A stretch of DNA of 63,048 bases, filler included, from Reticulomyxa filosa (lineage: Eukaryota > Protista > Foraminifera), in NCBI GenBank assembly GCA_000512085.1. It is 13 parts of 13 records of this genome, joined end to end, with 100 filler letters (N's around TTAATTAATTAA, not from the genome) between each part and the next. Parts side by side here need not be neighbours in the genome. Positions count along the whole stretch, not along the records: positions 48,887 to 53,113 come from ASPP01009529.1; positions 53,214 to 54,465 come from ASPP01003099.1; positions 54,566 to 61,635 come from ASPP01028547.1; positions 61,736 to 63,048 come from ASPP01033906.1; 9 more parts are not named here. One strand, given 5' to 3'. Below are positions 49,880 to 62,990 of the stretch, in pieces. Numbering within the stretch: the stretch's first letter is position 1; each line of letters opens with the position of its first letter. The notes under the pieces are model-generated. The model saw only the letters and a list, made by a program, of their open reading frames with translations. It did no database searches and had not been told where the DNA came from. The position numbers were made by a program, and so were the translations under genes.

Positions 49880-52800
49880 ATGTTGACAGCCGAAGAACGG
49901 TTGGTTCTTTGGAAGATCCATGTATGGCGTTCCAATAAAGAAGAATACCATTTACGACAGACTTTAGGAGCTTTGGACAAAAAAATTAATTCTTGTAAAC
50001 AGCAGCTTCTTCAAACGAAGAAATTATTGGAAGTTTGAGGCGGCAACACTTTCCTTGTTTAAAAGAGAGGGAAGAAAGGAGGAAAAAAATACATATATAT
50101 GTATACATATATTAAAATTAATAATTAAAATATTTTGTGTGTTTGTATTGAACATTGAAATATTAATCGTTGTCACTAGCAACAAAAGGCAAGCTTCCAT
50201 GCAAATTCGGAAAAAATCAAAGCAACAGAAAATAATTTACGAGAGCAATTAAACTCCATGTGTATAGTTATACAAACTTATTATCCATTGTATTTTAATG
50301 TATATATGTATATATTTTTTTGTCAAAGGAGAGAGGGAAAAAAAAAGAAAATATGCACGTCACGTGAATTTTCTTTTGTGTTATTTGTTTTTGTGTTTTT
50401 TTTTTTTAAAAAAAAAAAAAAGATAAAACAAAAAGAGCAGATGGAATTGAATTTGAAAAAATTAATGAAGCATTGATAATGATCGTGGAACAACGTGAGC
50501 AACACGTAATCCGTTTGGATACGATCGATTCTGAGCTCCATATGATTGACTCTCTGTTGCAACACAACAAACAATTTGACGAAGTTTGTTTGTTGACTTT
50601 GTATCGTGTGTTTGTATGTATGTGGTGTGTGTGCGTTTTGGTTTTTTTTTTTTTTTTTTTTGCATATTGTTATTGTTCTTATGAGTGTGCAAATATTGCC
50701 TTGAAATTGTGACGCTGATAACAACAACAACAACAATGGACCTATGCACTATATTCACATACAATCATCACATCAGAACAATTGCGTCGGCGTTAGCAAC
50801 TCCATTCGCGACTATATCCACTATCAACACAAACATGAAGTAATTTTGGAGAAGTTAGGACACAGATGCCAAAAGCGAAACTGGTATCTCAATGCGGTGA
50901 CATTTGCGGAGAAAAGAGTGAAAGAAGTTCTTTTTTTTTTTTTTTTAAAAAAAACAATACACATACACACACACACACACACCGGAAAAATGCACGCTTT
51001 TGCATTGTTTTTTTTGACAACAGCACTATGCAACGAAGCAAATGACATGCCGACGATGCGATTGCTCGAGAAAAAAAGAAAAGGAAAAAATACAGAGATC
51101 AAAAGATAGACAGCGCAAAGAAAGTATCGAATCGGTTGAATCGATGGAAGATTGTAATCAAAATGAATATGAACAATCCGAGCACTTGAACAATTTGGTT
51201 TAGTTTTTTTTTAAGATATATATTGTCATGTGATAATCGGATTGAAATGATCAAAAAAATAAAAAATAAACGAATGAAAACATATAAATATAAATATAAA
51301 TATATGTATATGTATATGTATATATTTATGTACATTAATATGTGAAAATAAAAAGGATAAAGAATTACATCAACTCTGTAAAGAGATTCACAGCAGTGGA
51401 ATAATTCGCGATCAAAGACGAAATGGCTTTGTACATTCGAAAGTGTTTCTTGGTAGCGAGTTGATAACATGGCTGACAAAGTCGTTAATTGTGAATAGTC
51501 GCTACGAAGCGGCAGTGATAGGATCGCTATTGCTCAAGTCCAAAATAGTCTACCCCGTCATCCCAAAGCATGTGACGCAACGCCAGACGGAAGCGACGGG
51601 GACAAACAATCAACAACCCCGCAAGCCCAATGCCATGCTGACAACACTAGCGACAGATCAAAGCAATCACCAATCCTTAACTTGGTTGGACTCTAGTCTC
51701 AATCGAAGCTTCAATAGTCTTTCTCTGAATGAAACTAAAGCATCACTTTATAACACACCACCGGACTCAATCGATCACGGCTTTAATGACTCGCCGTCGT
51801 CATCGATACTGCGGTTCGAAAATGATATGAATGGAGGAGGAAACAGTCGCACGCGCTCGTGTTCTCCCGCCCCTCACGTTGCCAATTCCTTTGTTCCGAA
51901 GCAACTACACACAAGCAACAAAAGTGACTCCTACCATTCCAACTCTAAGATTACACGCCTTTCTAGTTTGGGTTTGATCAATCAGGTCTCTCTTGGTTTG
52001 TTTGTTTTTTTTTTTAATTTTAAAAATGCAAACTCTTATTTACATAATATATGTACATATACATATATATATATATATATGTATATATATATTATGTAAA
52101 AAGAGCACACCTCCACCACCATCGCCGCCAGTGATACGCAAACAAAGAAATGGAAGTGGTAATCGTGTTTTGGACTCACCAAACGACGATCAGACATTGA
52201 GTTGTGACAAAGCCATGATCGACGAGGAAAGCCTTTGTTCGACCCCGCAGTACGAGCATGCCGGCAACAGCAATAAGACCCCTTCCCATGACAACCAGCC
52301 TCAACAGGTTGTTAAGTGCGGCTGCCACTGTCACTCGCAAACGATTCACTCTTTGGAATTTCAAGACTCTTCTGAAATTTATCGTTTTTATGTTTAGTTC
52401 ATTAATATCTTTTTTTTTTTTTTTTTGAATAATGATTGGGTGCGATATGGTGATGTGATTTGGCATAACATAACCAACCTAAAAAAGAGTGATGACGCAA
52501 AGATTGGGTCAATCGTTCGAGATGGATGGCTGCACAAGGTTGGGTCGATTCGTGTGAAGAAATATTGGTACAAATGGGATAACAATCGACGCCAACTAAA
52601 AGAATACGCAAACGACGAGAAGGACTGCACAGTGCGAAACGAGTACTCACTTGACGAAACTGCCAAAATAACTTCATCTCCAGTCGACCACCGCTTATTC
52701 GAAATTTATATCGTCCATCCCAAAACGCAAACAATCAAACTACGGGCCAGTGATAAGCGAACTCGAGATGTTTCGTCACATACACATATACAAACAAAAG

Positions 52801-53030
52801 GACTTTGTATTTCTGTAAATAAAAACAGATTTTATGTCAAAAAATAATATTTTATATGGGGGGGGGAGGAGAGTAGGCGTGGGTTCGAGCAATCAGCGAA
52901 AGTATCAATGTAAATGAAAACATGCGCTTGTCGTCCTCTACACTTGGCGACTTGAAATATGAGAACTTCCGTCGTTTGCAAATCAACAATCGTTCGAAGT
53001 GGTCGTCTTTGTTATGTGGATTAGACGTTG
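49880..53030 (+). CDS. Coiled-coil, DEP and PH domain protein, multi-exon, 3' truncated
   Basis: DEP: IRDQRRNGFVHSKVFLGSELITWL...SRYEAAVIGSLLLKSKIVYPV ... EFQDSSEIYRFY. PH: RDGWLHKVG...KKYWYKW...FEIYIV...TIKLRASDKRTRD|AWVRAISE. Confidence 0.8.
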
Positions 53031-53066
53031 AGTTATTTGTTTTTCTCTTTTGTTTCTTTTCACTCT

Positions 53067-53098
<32 letters not shown>

Positions 53099-53213
53099 CC
53101 TTCCCCTTTTTTTNNNNNNNNNNNNNNNNNNNNNNNNNNNNNNNNNNNNNNNNNNNNTTAATTAATTAANNNNNNNNNNNNNNNNNNNNNNNNNNNNNNN
53201 NNNNNNNNNNNNN

Positions 53214-53948
53214 GTGTACAAGGGTTATATGGAAGCATATCAACTAATGAAATAAAAGCACCTATATTTTGGTAATGGAAATAAAGACATAGTGGAAAAA
53301 GTAGGTACATAAATCGTTTGAATGTGCAGGATATGACTATGAAATTTTTGTAGATTGTGGATCGTCTTCATTGACAATCGAATTTATGCGCTGTTTGGAA
53401 GCAAGGAGCCCTATGATGTGTTCCCTGACGTGTTTGATTTTTTGGAATAAATCAAAAATATCAAATCAAGTTGGGAGTGATCACTAACGATAGTAAACGT
53501 TATCGTGATACCATTTTACCTATTTTGGGTAAGTTAAATGTATTCCTTTTTTATTTTTTTATTTATTGCATTCAAATTTTAATTCAATTGTTCTCTTTTT
53601 TTTTTGATTGGTTTGAAAAAAATGTATTGCAATCATTTTACAGATTTAGACGTCTATTTTGAGTTTGTGGCTGACAACAAAAGCGCGTGTGCAAAAAAAC
53701 CTGATCCGAAAATGCTCGAATACGCGAAACGTGATCGAGGCTTTGAGTTTAATGAATGGTGGGTATACATTGGAGATAATTATAATAAAGATATTTTGCC
53801 AATGAGTGCATTGGAGGAAATCTTATTAAATCAATTTAATAAAAAAGAAATAAGAGATTATACACTCCAAGCAATTCATGTATTTGATAAATTGCAACAA
53901 GTACGTCGATATTTGGAATCAACATGTGAATTTCCTCGGCTCAAATAA
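53214..53948 (+). CDS. HAD-superfamily hydrolase (HDHD3-like), 5' truncated
   Basis: VFPDVFDFL..., LGVITND, AKKPDPKM, VYIGDNYNKDI (HAD motifs II-IV). One single-base frameshift near 53446. Confidence 0.8.
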
Positions 53949-55112
53949 TTCAAAATTTATTTTTTTCAATCTTCGTTTTGTGTCGTGTGGAAATAAGTGA
54001 ACTTTTTTTTCCACTATTCTTCTTTTGCTTTTACAATATTTTTATTATAATTTGTCGTTAAAAAAAAAATGAAACAATCTATTTTGCTTCATCACATTGA
54101 CATTGCTGTTAATACTGTTGAATGTGAGCAAATTAGAACTACCCAAATGTATTTCAGCACATACCAATCCGCAGTTTCAACATAAATACCAATTTACTTT
54201 ACAAAGTCCTGGAAAGAAACGTTATTAGTTTTTGAATGCAAAAGTTTTTTTTCTTTTGCAAAAATAATTTTAAGATCTATTGACAAATCATTATGTTGAA
54301 AGTTGTGTAAATAAAGTTCAACATATTTACAAACATGTTAATAATAGTAGAAATAATATCCATTTGTTGAATGAATATGTATATATAAATTTCAAAATCA
54401 CTCAAATCTCACACATTGACTATAATGGGTAGCTTAGAATATAATTCTAAGTCTACTCTTACAAANNNNNNNNNNNNNNNNNNNNNNNNNNNNNNNNNNN
54501 NNNNNNNNNTTAATTAATTAANNNNNNNNNNNNNNNNNNNNNNNNNNNNNNNNNNNNNNNNNNNNTTTTTTTTTTTTTTGCTTTTGTTCAAAGTACAGTT
54601 AGTCAACTTTTTTTTCTTATCTTTATAGCTTGAAGTTTGTGTTTGTTTCACATTGTTGAATAAAACTCTCAACTAGTTTGTACAATTCACGTCTCCAATT
54701 TTTGTGTCAGCCAAGCAATAGTCTGAAATGTATTATAACAAACAAATATGCAGAGCACTTGTCCTTTTATCTTCTTTTCAAAGTATCTTCATTCATTACC
54801 CATTTGTGGATGTTTGGGTGTGAAATTAAAGATAAATGATCAATTTCTAATATTTATCTAATTCTTTCTCAACTTGTTTTTTTAAGTCATTGTATTATTT
54901 CAAATCATCTTGCTGTGTTGGCTCTCCTTTTTAAGGAAAAAGGGTTTCTTTTTTGTTAATACATTTGTTATTATAAAAACAACTTAAAATCGTGTTTATA
55001 TCCAATAGAATTGTTTCTAATTAATTTATTTGAGTTTTCATGCAAAAAAAAAGACAAACAAAATTCAAGTTTGATTTGTAATTGAACTTCCCTTCCAAAA
55101 ACAACATTTAAC

Positions 55113-56330
55113 ATGGGTGCATGTCAAAATATGAATAATCCTTTCTTAGCTACCAAAAAAAATGAAGGCGCAAATCTGAGTATCAATGACAAGGACTCTT
55201 TCACGTCACTGTTGGTAAAATTCTCAACCTACGTTTAGAAAGTATAAATATTAACTACGTCTTGTTAAAAAAAAACAGTCAGAAAAAGAGATAAAACTAA
55301 TTATTCGGCATTGTGTTCGAATTTTAAAGATCAAATTAGGATGGATCAATGATTTTGACAAGATTATTGTCAAATATGTTAAGTGATTTTATTTTATTTT
55401 GCATTTCAAGTTTCAATATAATATCTAACATAGGCCAAATGTTTTCGGTTGTGGAAAATTTTACAAGGGCATAACGATGTAATAAAAAGTGTGAGATTTT
55501 CAGCAGATAATACCAAGATCGTTTCTTCATCATTTGATAAAACAATCCGAATATGGGATATTGTATCAGGAGAACAAATTCAAATTTTTAAAGAGTACTG
55601 TGAGAGGATCTATATTGCTGAATTTTCACCCAATGGACAAATAGTTGCTTCTGGGACATCAAGTCAAGCAATTCGATTATGGAATACAAAAACGGGAAGA
55701 GAACTGACACAATTAAAAGGGCATTTAATCTCTGTATTTTCTATAAGCTTTTCTCCTGACAGTAAATTTATTGTATCAGGTTCACCCGATATGACCATAC
55801 GATTGTGGGCAGTAAATTCTGGAAAAGAAATAAAACAACTACTAGGACATTTGGACACTATAAACGATGTACAATTTTCATCAGATAGTCAAAAGATTGC
55901 ATCAGCATCTGATGATAAGACAATTGGAATATGGAATGTAAAATCAGGTGAAAGATTGAAACAATTAATAGGGCATTCGAATCATGTAAAGTGTGCAAAA
56001 TTTTCTCCAGATAACCAATTTATTGTATCGTGTTCGTATGATAAAACAATTCGGATATGGAGTGTAGATACTGGAGAACAGTTGAAAGTATGCAAAGGAC
56101 ATTCAGATGTTGTGAATGATGTGAGATATTTTCCAGATGGTCAAACTATTGTATCGTGTTCTGATGACATGACAGTTCGTTTGTGGGATGTGAAAACAGG
56201 AAACGAATTAAGAAAATTGGAAGGACATGCAGATTGGATAACAAGTTTCGATATTTCATCAGATGGTAATACAATTGTATCTTGTTCTTGGGATAAAACA
56301 ATTTTAATTTGGAGGAGTAATACAAATTAA
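55113..56330 (+). CDS. WD40 repeat protein (7 blades) with N-terminal MGAC and cassette exon
   Basis: Exons 55113-55214, 55279-55377 and 55434-56330. Seven GH...FSPD...[10 protein letters not shown] repeats. Confidence 0.92.
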
Positions 56331-58704
56331 ATTTATTGTATAAGTAGTTGTCACAATTCAATTAAAAAGCTTAATGTTTTCAAAATAAAATTTCAACTAT
56401 TTTCATTTTTATTCCATAGTTGGATTGTCTTTTTTAATTGAGCTTAATATTTTCTATTCAACAATCAATTCCACAATAAATAAACAACATAAGTAAAAGA
56501 AATGACAAGTGGTTTGCAAGCTAAAAAAAACTCACTTGAAAAAGGTCATACAAAAGGCATCAACAATATTCTATCTTTTCTAAGAACAAAGATTTATGTG
56601 TAATTTTGAACAACTAAGTGTTCCCTCCTCCAAAAAAAAACCTAGGACGCCCTTTTTTATAAAAAGCAATGTCATCAAAAGCATTTATTTGCGTAAAAAA
56701 ACAGCTGTACGAGGTGACTTTCACTTCTTTGACTTTGGAAAGCTTGAAAACATAAGTGGAGAAGATAATCAACACGTCCAACAAAGATTAAGGAAGGCAA
56801 TTTTATGTGTTATAAATCGAATTTTAATTTCACTGACAAAAATGGTCTTAATGAACTATATTAATTAAAAGCAATTTATTTTGATGAAATATGTCAATTA
56901 AAATTACAAATTACAAATTTATTTTTTATGAAAGTGTGACATTAGATAGTCGTAAAAACTCTTTTTTCTTTTCCTGGAGAGTCGGAGTTCTTGTGCTGGC
57001 GTTGCAGATATGTTCGCACCATTTCAATATTCGTTCAAAAATTATGCACAAGTCGTTATTGTCAAATCGGTCGTCACCACACTAGTCTTAACACAATATC
57101 AACGTCCAACAGGTGCAACGGCAACATCAACAACAACACCAATTACAATCAATATCAGCAATTAATTAACAATCTACCGAGCAACACCAACAATCGCAAC
57201 AACGATCACGCAAATCGTGAGTATAAATGCAATATGCCAAGTTCGTGTGTGCACAATCACTGGCTTTGTAAAAATAAAAAATAATGGAATAACTCGATAT
57301 TGTGTATGTTTTATTTGGTATATTATTAAAAAAACATATAGAATACAATGACGATTGCGCCAACGAGACACAAACAGCAACAAGAAGAAAACGGAGTAGA
57401 AGCCACAATATCTCCGATGAATAATGTTATGTTATATTACACATGTTTATTTTTCTTTTGTTAAAATAAAGTGGTTGTGTATGCCATACGTAGGAATTCA
57501 CTCAATAGAAAAAAAATATATTTTTGTATACTTCTTCTATTCAAAACAAAAAAGTGTTGATTGTTTTAACAAAGTAAAAATAATGAAATTAATCTTGGAC
57601 TCCACATAACGTGTATGTACATTTTCTGTTTTTCTTTAAACATTTAAAAATAATTTTTTGTGTTTGTGTATATGTAACGGTATTCAATTGCTGTTAAAAA
57701 AAAGTACATAAGCATTGGTGAAAAATTATGTAAAATATGCTGAAAAAAAATATAGAATAAGAAAAAAATTGTGTTATGATCATAAAAGAAATATAAAAAA
57801 AAAATTGAAAAAAAATAATTGAAAAAGTAAAAATAAAAAGATTGATAAAAAAAGAAAAAAAATGATAAAAAAAAAGAACAGTTGTTTCATTTTTAAACAT
57901 TTAGAATGACTGAATAATTGTTGTGTATTACGAGCTGTCAATGTATCATGACGATTATATTTGTTGTAAAGTCGTCTTGAAGTGTGCCAGTCCATCATAT
58001 TTTTCCGATTATACTAATTATCTTGTCTGCAGGATTACGTAGACACATTTAGATCTTTCTTCAAAAAAACTTTTTTTATATTGAATTTTTTTACTGTTTG
58101 ACAAGTTGTCTTGGTAAAACGTGTGAAAAAGCAATTTTTGATGAAATTTGTTGTCTGTCTTACTTTCACATAGGGTAACCCTAAGTATTTCAAATTTTTT
58201 GTTAGATATGCAAAAGCAGAATAAGGAAATAAATAATATTACAAAAAATGTGTATGTAAACCTTAAAGGCACTGTCTCTTTTGAGTGGTTGAGTTTGTGA
58301 CTGGCGCTTCCGGCTAGCGTAAGATAGAGAGAACATAGCGAAAAACTGCCGATGGTTGCAATAAAAAAAACATTAAAAAGCCAAACTACCAATTCAAACA
58401 TAAACAAAAAGTGACATAAGAAAGTAACAAAAAGAGCACGAAAATTCCATGCGCCACTCACGTAGATTTAAGTCTTGGGCTTTAAAAGCTTATTTGTTTT
58501 TTATCCTCTGCGACATGTGAACGATCATAATTTTCATCTTTTTTTTTTGTATTTTTTCACACATTGCTTGTAACAAGGCGTTTTCCAAAAAAAAAAATTT
58601 TCATGACGCGGCTTTTTTGCAAAAAGTATAGTACGATATGATGGAGAAGAGCAAAGGAACAACAATCTTGTGAATTAAAAAACTCATGAACAATGTACTT
58701 CCAC

Positions 58705-59250
58705 TTAGTCGCCAGATGCACAGCCACGGCAGCCACAATGCACACATTCAACGACTTGATTTTCAGCCAATTTGGCTTTGGGTACACGACATACGCACAC
58801 AGTTCCATAGTTATGATCCCTGGGTTGGATACACTGCATACAGCACAATCTTTCATATCCAGACTATTTATTTTTTGTTACATATTACAGATTTTTTAGG
58901 GATAATTTTTTTTATCATTTGTCAAAAAGCTCGCAATGTCGCATATACTGATGAAGTGTTTTTTCAGATAACTTTTTTCCATTTTGCGATTAGGTTAGCA
59001 TCTGCATATTTTTCACGTAAACAGAATTCATAAACTTGTTGTGATATTTTTTTTTTTTAAACATCTCGTAAATGTAACGAGATCTTTGATGATGTATTTT
59101 GACAATCGGCCATAGACTTTCTGTTTTGCGCTTGCCCTCGTGAGAATCAACAACAGCTTCGCGCATCTTTTCCTCAAATTCATCCAAAGTATCTTCCAAA
59201 AGCTCAAAACCTTTTGGATACTTTGTGGTTTTACGTCTTAAACGAGGCAT
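58705..59250 (-). CDS. BUD31: BUD31/G10 splicing factor (one intron; frameshift in an A-run, probably a sequencing error)
   Basis: [28 protein letters not shown]; [11 protein letters not shown]|[29 protein letters not shown]...[14 protein letters not shown]. Confidence 0.95.
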
Positions 59251-59828
59251 CTTATGACACAGAATCTGAAACGTCAATAATAAAATTATCAAAAAATTCC
59301 CCCCAATAATTTTAAAGACCTGCTCTCTGTTAGCAAAACTACGCTGTTAAGTTTGAACGATATGTAGTTGAAAATAGCGCTTTTAAAAAGTATTACTTTC
59401 GAAAAAGTTATATTTGGAATAACATTTAAGAATAATTGATAACACTACAACAAAAAGATAGTTGAAGAGGAATTATAAAAGAGAAGAAACTTGTTATTAA
59501 ATTGCAGCTCTTTGATTTATTTGATCTTTCGGTTGTATTTTTTTTTACTCTGAAAATTATGGAGAAATCGTACAAGAAAGAGGAAACGCTTGAGACATCA
59601 TAAAATTCTTATCCCTATATGTCAATGCCAAACACTAACAAAGACAAAAGATTTTTAAATTTGAGTTTTACTATTTTGTTTAAAAGGCTGTGGAGTATTT
59701 TTTAAAAATTGAGATTAAAAGTACACTTGTCTGTAAGCGGTAGTGTTTGTCCAAAAAGGAAAAAACTCTAGTCAAAAATATTTTTATAATCGTTTGAATC
59801 TTTTCTCTAAATTCTCATCGATCGAATT

Positions 59829-61565
59829 ATGTCGTCACACATATTCTGGAAGTTTCGCAATGCAAAAAATGAGCATTTTTCAAGAATAGTTTTTGACGGT
59901 CCGAACATTTCAGTGCTCCACTTGAAAAGAGCCATAGTGCAGCAAGCATTGCGAGATGTGAAGGAGAACTTCGATCTCCAATTAGTGAATGCACAAAACG
60001 GAGAAGGTGTCTCTACAGCAACAAAAAAAGTAAATAATTACAAATAAAAAAAAAAGTAATACGATTGTCATTATAACGCCTGTTAGCCCAAATAAGAAGG
60101 AAGGCCAATTTTTTTTTTGGAAACGAGAGAAATGAACAAACAAGCAACTAAAAAAACACGAATAAAACGAAATGGATAAAAATTTTTTTTTTTAAATACA
60201 GAATACAAAGATGATCAAAGAACAATCCCTCGTAACACCTCTGTGATTGTAAAGAGAGTCCCTGCCAGCTCTACTCGCAAGCACACTATATCTTTGCCTC
60301 TCCCTGACAACATGATTTTGCATACAACACATACTGATGTGAAAGAACCAGTTTATGAATCTTTTTTCTTGTTTTTTTTTTTATTTATTGTTTTGTTATT
60401 TTGTTTATTTATCTTTTTTTTGGGAACGCTGATAAACTAGAAGGAGGAGATAGGGAAGGAAAAGGGGAGAAAAATTTAATGTGCGAAAAGCCGTTTTCTT
60501 TTTTTTTTCCTTTTTCCTTTTTTTTTACTCGGTCCTCTTCCTCTCTTTCTCCCCCGTTTCTTGTCTCCCGTCCCAATACCCCATTCTTCTCGCTTTTTCG
60601 AGGTCAAAATTCGCTAAAACACTTTACCAGTCTCATTTTCATAACAAACAAAAAAAAAACAAAAAAACAAAAAAAGGACATAGTGCAACAAATCAATGAA
60701 GCCGTTGGGCCACCAGTGTTTGATGATAAAGTCAAACGACAGACAGAGGAACGTATGCAACACTTGGAAACAGAAATGGGCAAAATTTTTGGATACATGA
60801 ACAGTCAGGAGATCAGCATAACTAAGTAATAATAATTTAAAAAAAAGAAAAACGTAAATCTATTTTGCTTTTTTTTTTTTTTTTTTTGGAATTAAACATA
60901 TACTAATCGATTAAATCCAAAAAAAATGAAATTTGGGCCACTTTATTAAAAATGGGGAAAAGAAAGAACATTTTTAAAATCAAAATAAGAGAAGCCCGAC
61001 ACACACAAAAAAAAAAAGGGCAACAACGTTTCAAAATAAAATGTCCAGAAACAGCGGGTTGGCATCGACAACGAATAATAACAATTTTAATCGGCAAATG
61101 AGGAGAAGCAATACCAAATACGAAGGAAAACCAACCCCTCCGGGATATATCTGTCACCGATGTAAATTGCCGGGACATTGGATCCAACATTGCCCAACGA
61201 ATGGTGATCCGGCTTATGACCGTCCCAAAGCGAGGTTTGGACAAAGAGGCAGTTATAAATGTTTTTGATAAATTTTGTGACCTTGCACAATCGATTAGAC
61301 AACGACAGTCAGCCATCGCACATAACACATATGTATGTCTATTACACATACCATGTTACAACAGATACGGAACCTCCCAGAGACGAAGAACGAGAAAGCA
61401 ACATGCAAACCATTGTGCTTGGAGCAGAGTCGATAACACTCCCCAAAAGTATGGCAGAGAACTTATCTCAGGATCAGATTCGACTGTTATTGGAAGCACA
61501 AAAACATGGCTATACGGACACGGCCATTAATACCGCGTTTGTGCAATCACATATGAAGCCACGTT
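59829..61565 (+). CDS. RBBP6: RBBP6/Mpe1-like protein (DWNN domain and zinc knuckle), 3' truncated
   Basis: MSSHIFWKFRNAK...IVFDGPNISVLHLKRAI...FDLQLVNAQNGE|EYKDD...IPRNTSVIVKRVP; PPGYICHRCKLPGHWIQHCPTNGDP. Confidence 0.88.
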
Positions 61566-61735
61566 ATGTAACTACTAAAAAAAAAAAAAAGAAGAAGAAA
61601 TATTGTATGAAGAAAATTCCAATTTTATTTATTAANNNNNNNNNNNNNNNNNNNNNNNNNNNNNNNNNNNNNNNNNNNNTTAATTAATTAANNNNNNNNN
61701 NNNNNNNNNNNNNNNNNNNNNNNNNNNNNNNNNNN

Positions 61736-62990
61736 TGCACTGTCGTCCACCTCTTTCTTTTCCTCATCGTGCTCAGGTTCTTTTTCGTCGCCTGTCTTGC
61801 TCGTCGATGCTGCTGATGCCTCACTATCTCCTTCCATTTCATTATGGCCAAAGCACACATGACTATTATCCGCCGTGGCATACGTGCCTTCTCCATTTCG
61901 CAAGACGTGTCCAATTTCGAGCAGTGTCTCCGTGGACAAAACAATCAAACTGGCGGGCGCAATATTGGTACTGCGATAATAAATTTTATCCCCAATCACG
62001 CAAATGCTCGACTTTTCGTTGCCTCGATATTCGCGCACTTGTCCTGCGACAAAGCCTGGATTCGTATTGTTCAATCCCGTGCCAATTTTCGTTATGCCTT
62101 TTTCGCTGTGGAAATACAAAAAGCTTTCATCTGTTCCAATCGATATGCGTCGAGGTTTGCCTACTGCGGGCGCCACACTGACGCGCAATGTTTGATTACG
62201 TTGCGAAGGTAAGTCCAAACGCACTTCACGACGCATTCGACGCAAGCGAACCAACGAAGGTCGAATGCTCAAGCTCTGGTCCACCGCAAAGCGAAATAGT
62301 AGCATGTACAACACCGACAGCAGCGTGTTCAACGTGCCTCTCGTCACTGATAACACCAGCAGTAATTCCAACGCCATCGTTCGAACGCGCAAATGGATAG
62401 CACTGTCATTCGCTATTGTGTACAACGTGGAATGCACACTGTCAAACGAGTTTTCCGCTATGCTCGGAATCGGCAGCTTCGATGATGTCTCCAACTCGCA
62501 AGGGTTCACTTTTTGCAACTGCGCTTTCAAATACGTCAGAATTTTCAACGCCAATTTCGGGTTCGATCGAGAGTTTTCTTCTAACATCGACAACATCATG
62601 TACACTCCCGTACCTACTGTCACCTTTAATAATGAATGGCTTGTGTCACCCAAATCTTTTCGAATTGACGAGGCCATACCTTTTTTTTTTTTTTAAATAA
62701 AAAAAATTAGGTGTAATAAGATACGGTAAAAATCGAAATATACATTTAGGGTATCACAGGATATACCAAATATTATATTATGCGCAACAAAAAAAAAAAA
62801 AAAAAAAAAAAAAGTTTACCTTTTGCTCTGTACTCCTTTTGATATTCGCGCACAATTTTGCTTAGTACCACACTACGTTTGTTGGTGAGTGCTAAAAAGG
62901 ATGAGTCAGTTGAAAGTCCTATCGCACTCAGCTCTCGCGACAACCTGGATAAAATCAACTGGAAGTGCGACACGTCGCCTATGCTCCTAT
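61736..62990 (-). CDS. Internal fragment of a giant E3 ligase of the MYCBP2/HECTD4 type
   Basis: ALELLLVLSVTRGTLNTLL and IGTDESFLYFHSEKGITKIGTGLNNTNPGFV resemble the shared N-terminal 'DG.yLY.....Gl.KIGTG..gT..G.vy' region of MYCBP2/HECTD4. Confidence 0.65.

Noticed and set aside
53440-53470. In-frame TAA suggesting stop-codon reassignment
   Set aside because: One missing A restores the HAD frame. Conserved genes (CCT8, BUD31, tubulin, VMA16) end in TAA, TAG or TGA with no internal stops, so the standard code applies.
54429-54456. AT-rich hairpin GTAGCTTAGAAT-ATA-ATTCTAAGTCTAC
   Set aside because: Isolated at a contig end with no associated element features such as a Helitron CTRR terminus.
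56985-57420. Cys/His-containing and Asn-rich short ORFs
   Set aside because: Possibly a decayed gene fragment, but no domain could be assigned with support.
57694-57998. Phe-rich minus-strand ORFs
   Set aside because: Translation of A-rich low-complexity DNA.
59040-59062. Programmed frameshift in BUD31 (and similar shifts in other genes)
   Set aside because: It falls in a long homopolymer in an essential gene; a sequencing length error is the simpler explanation.
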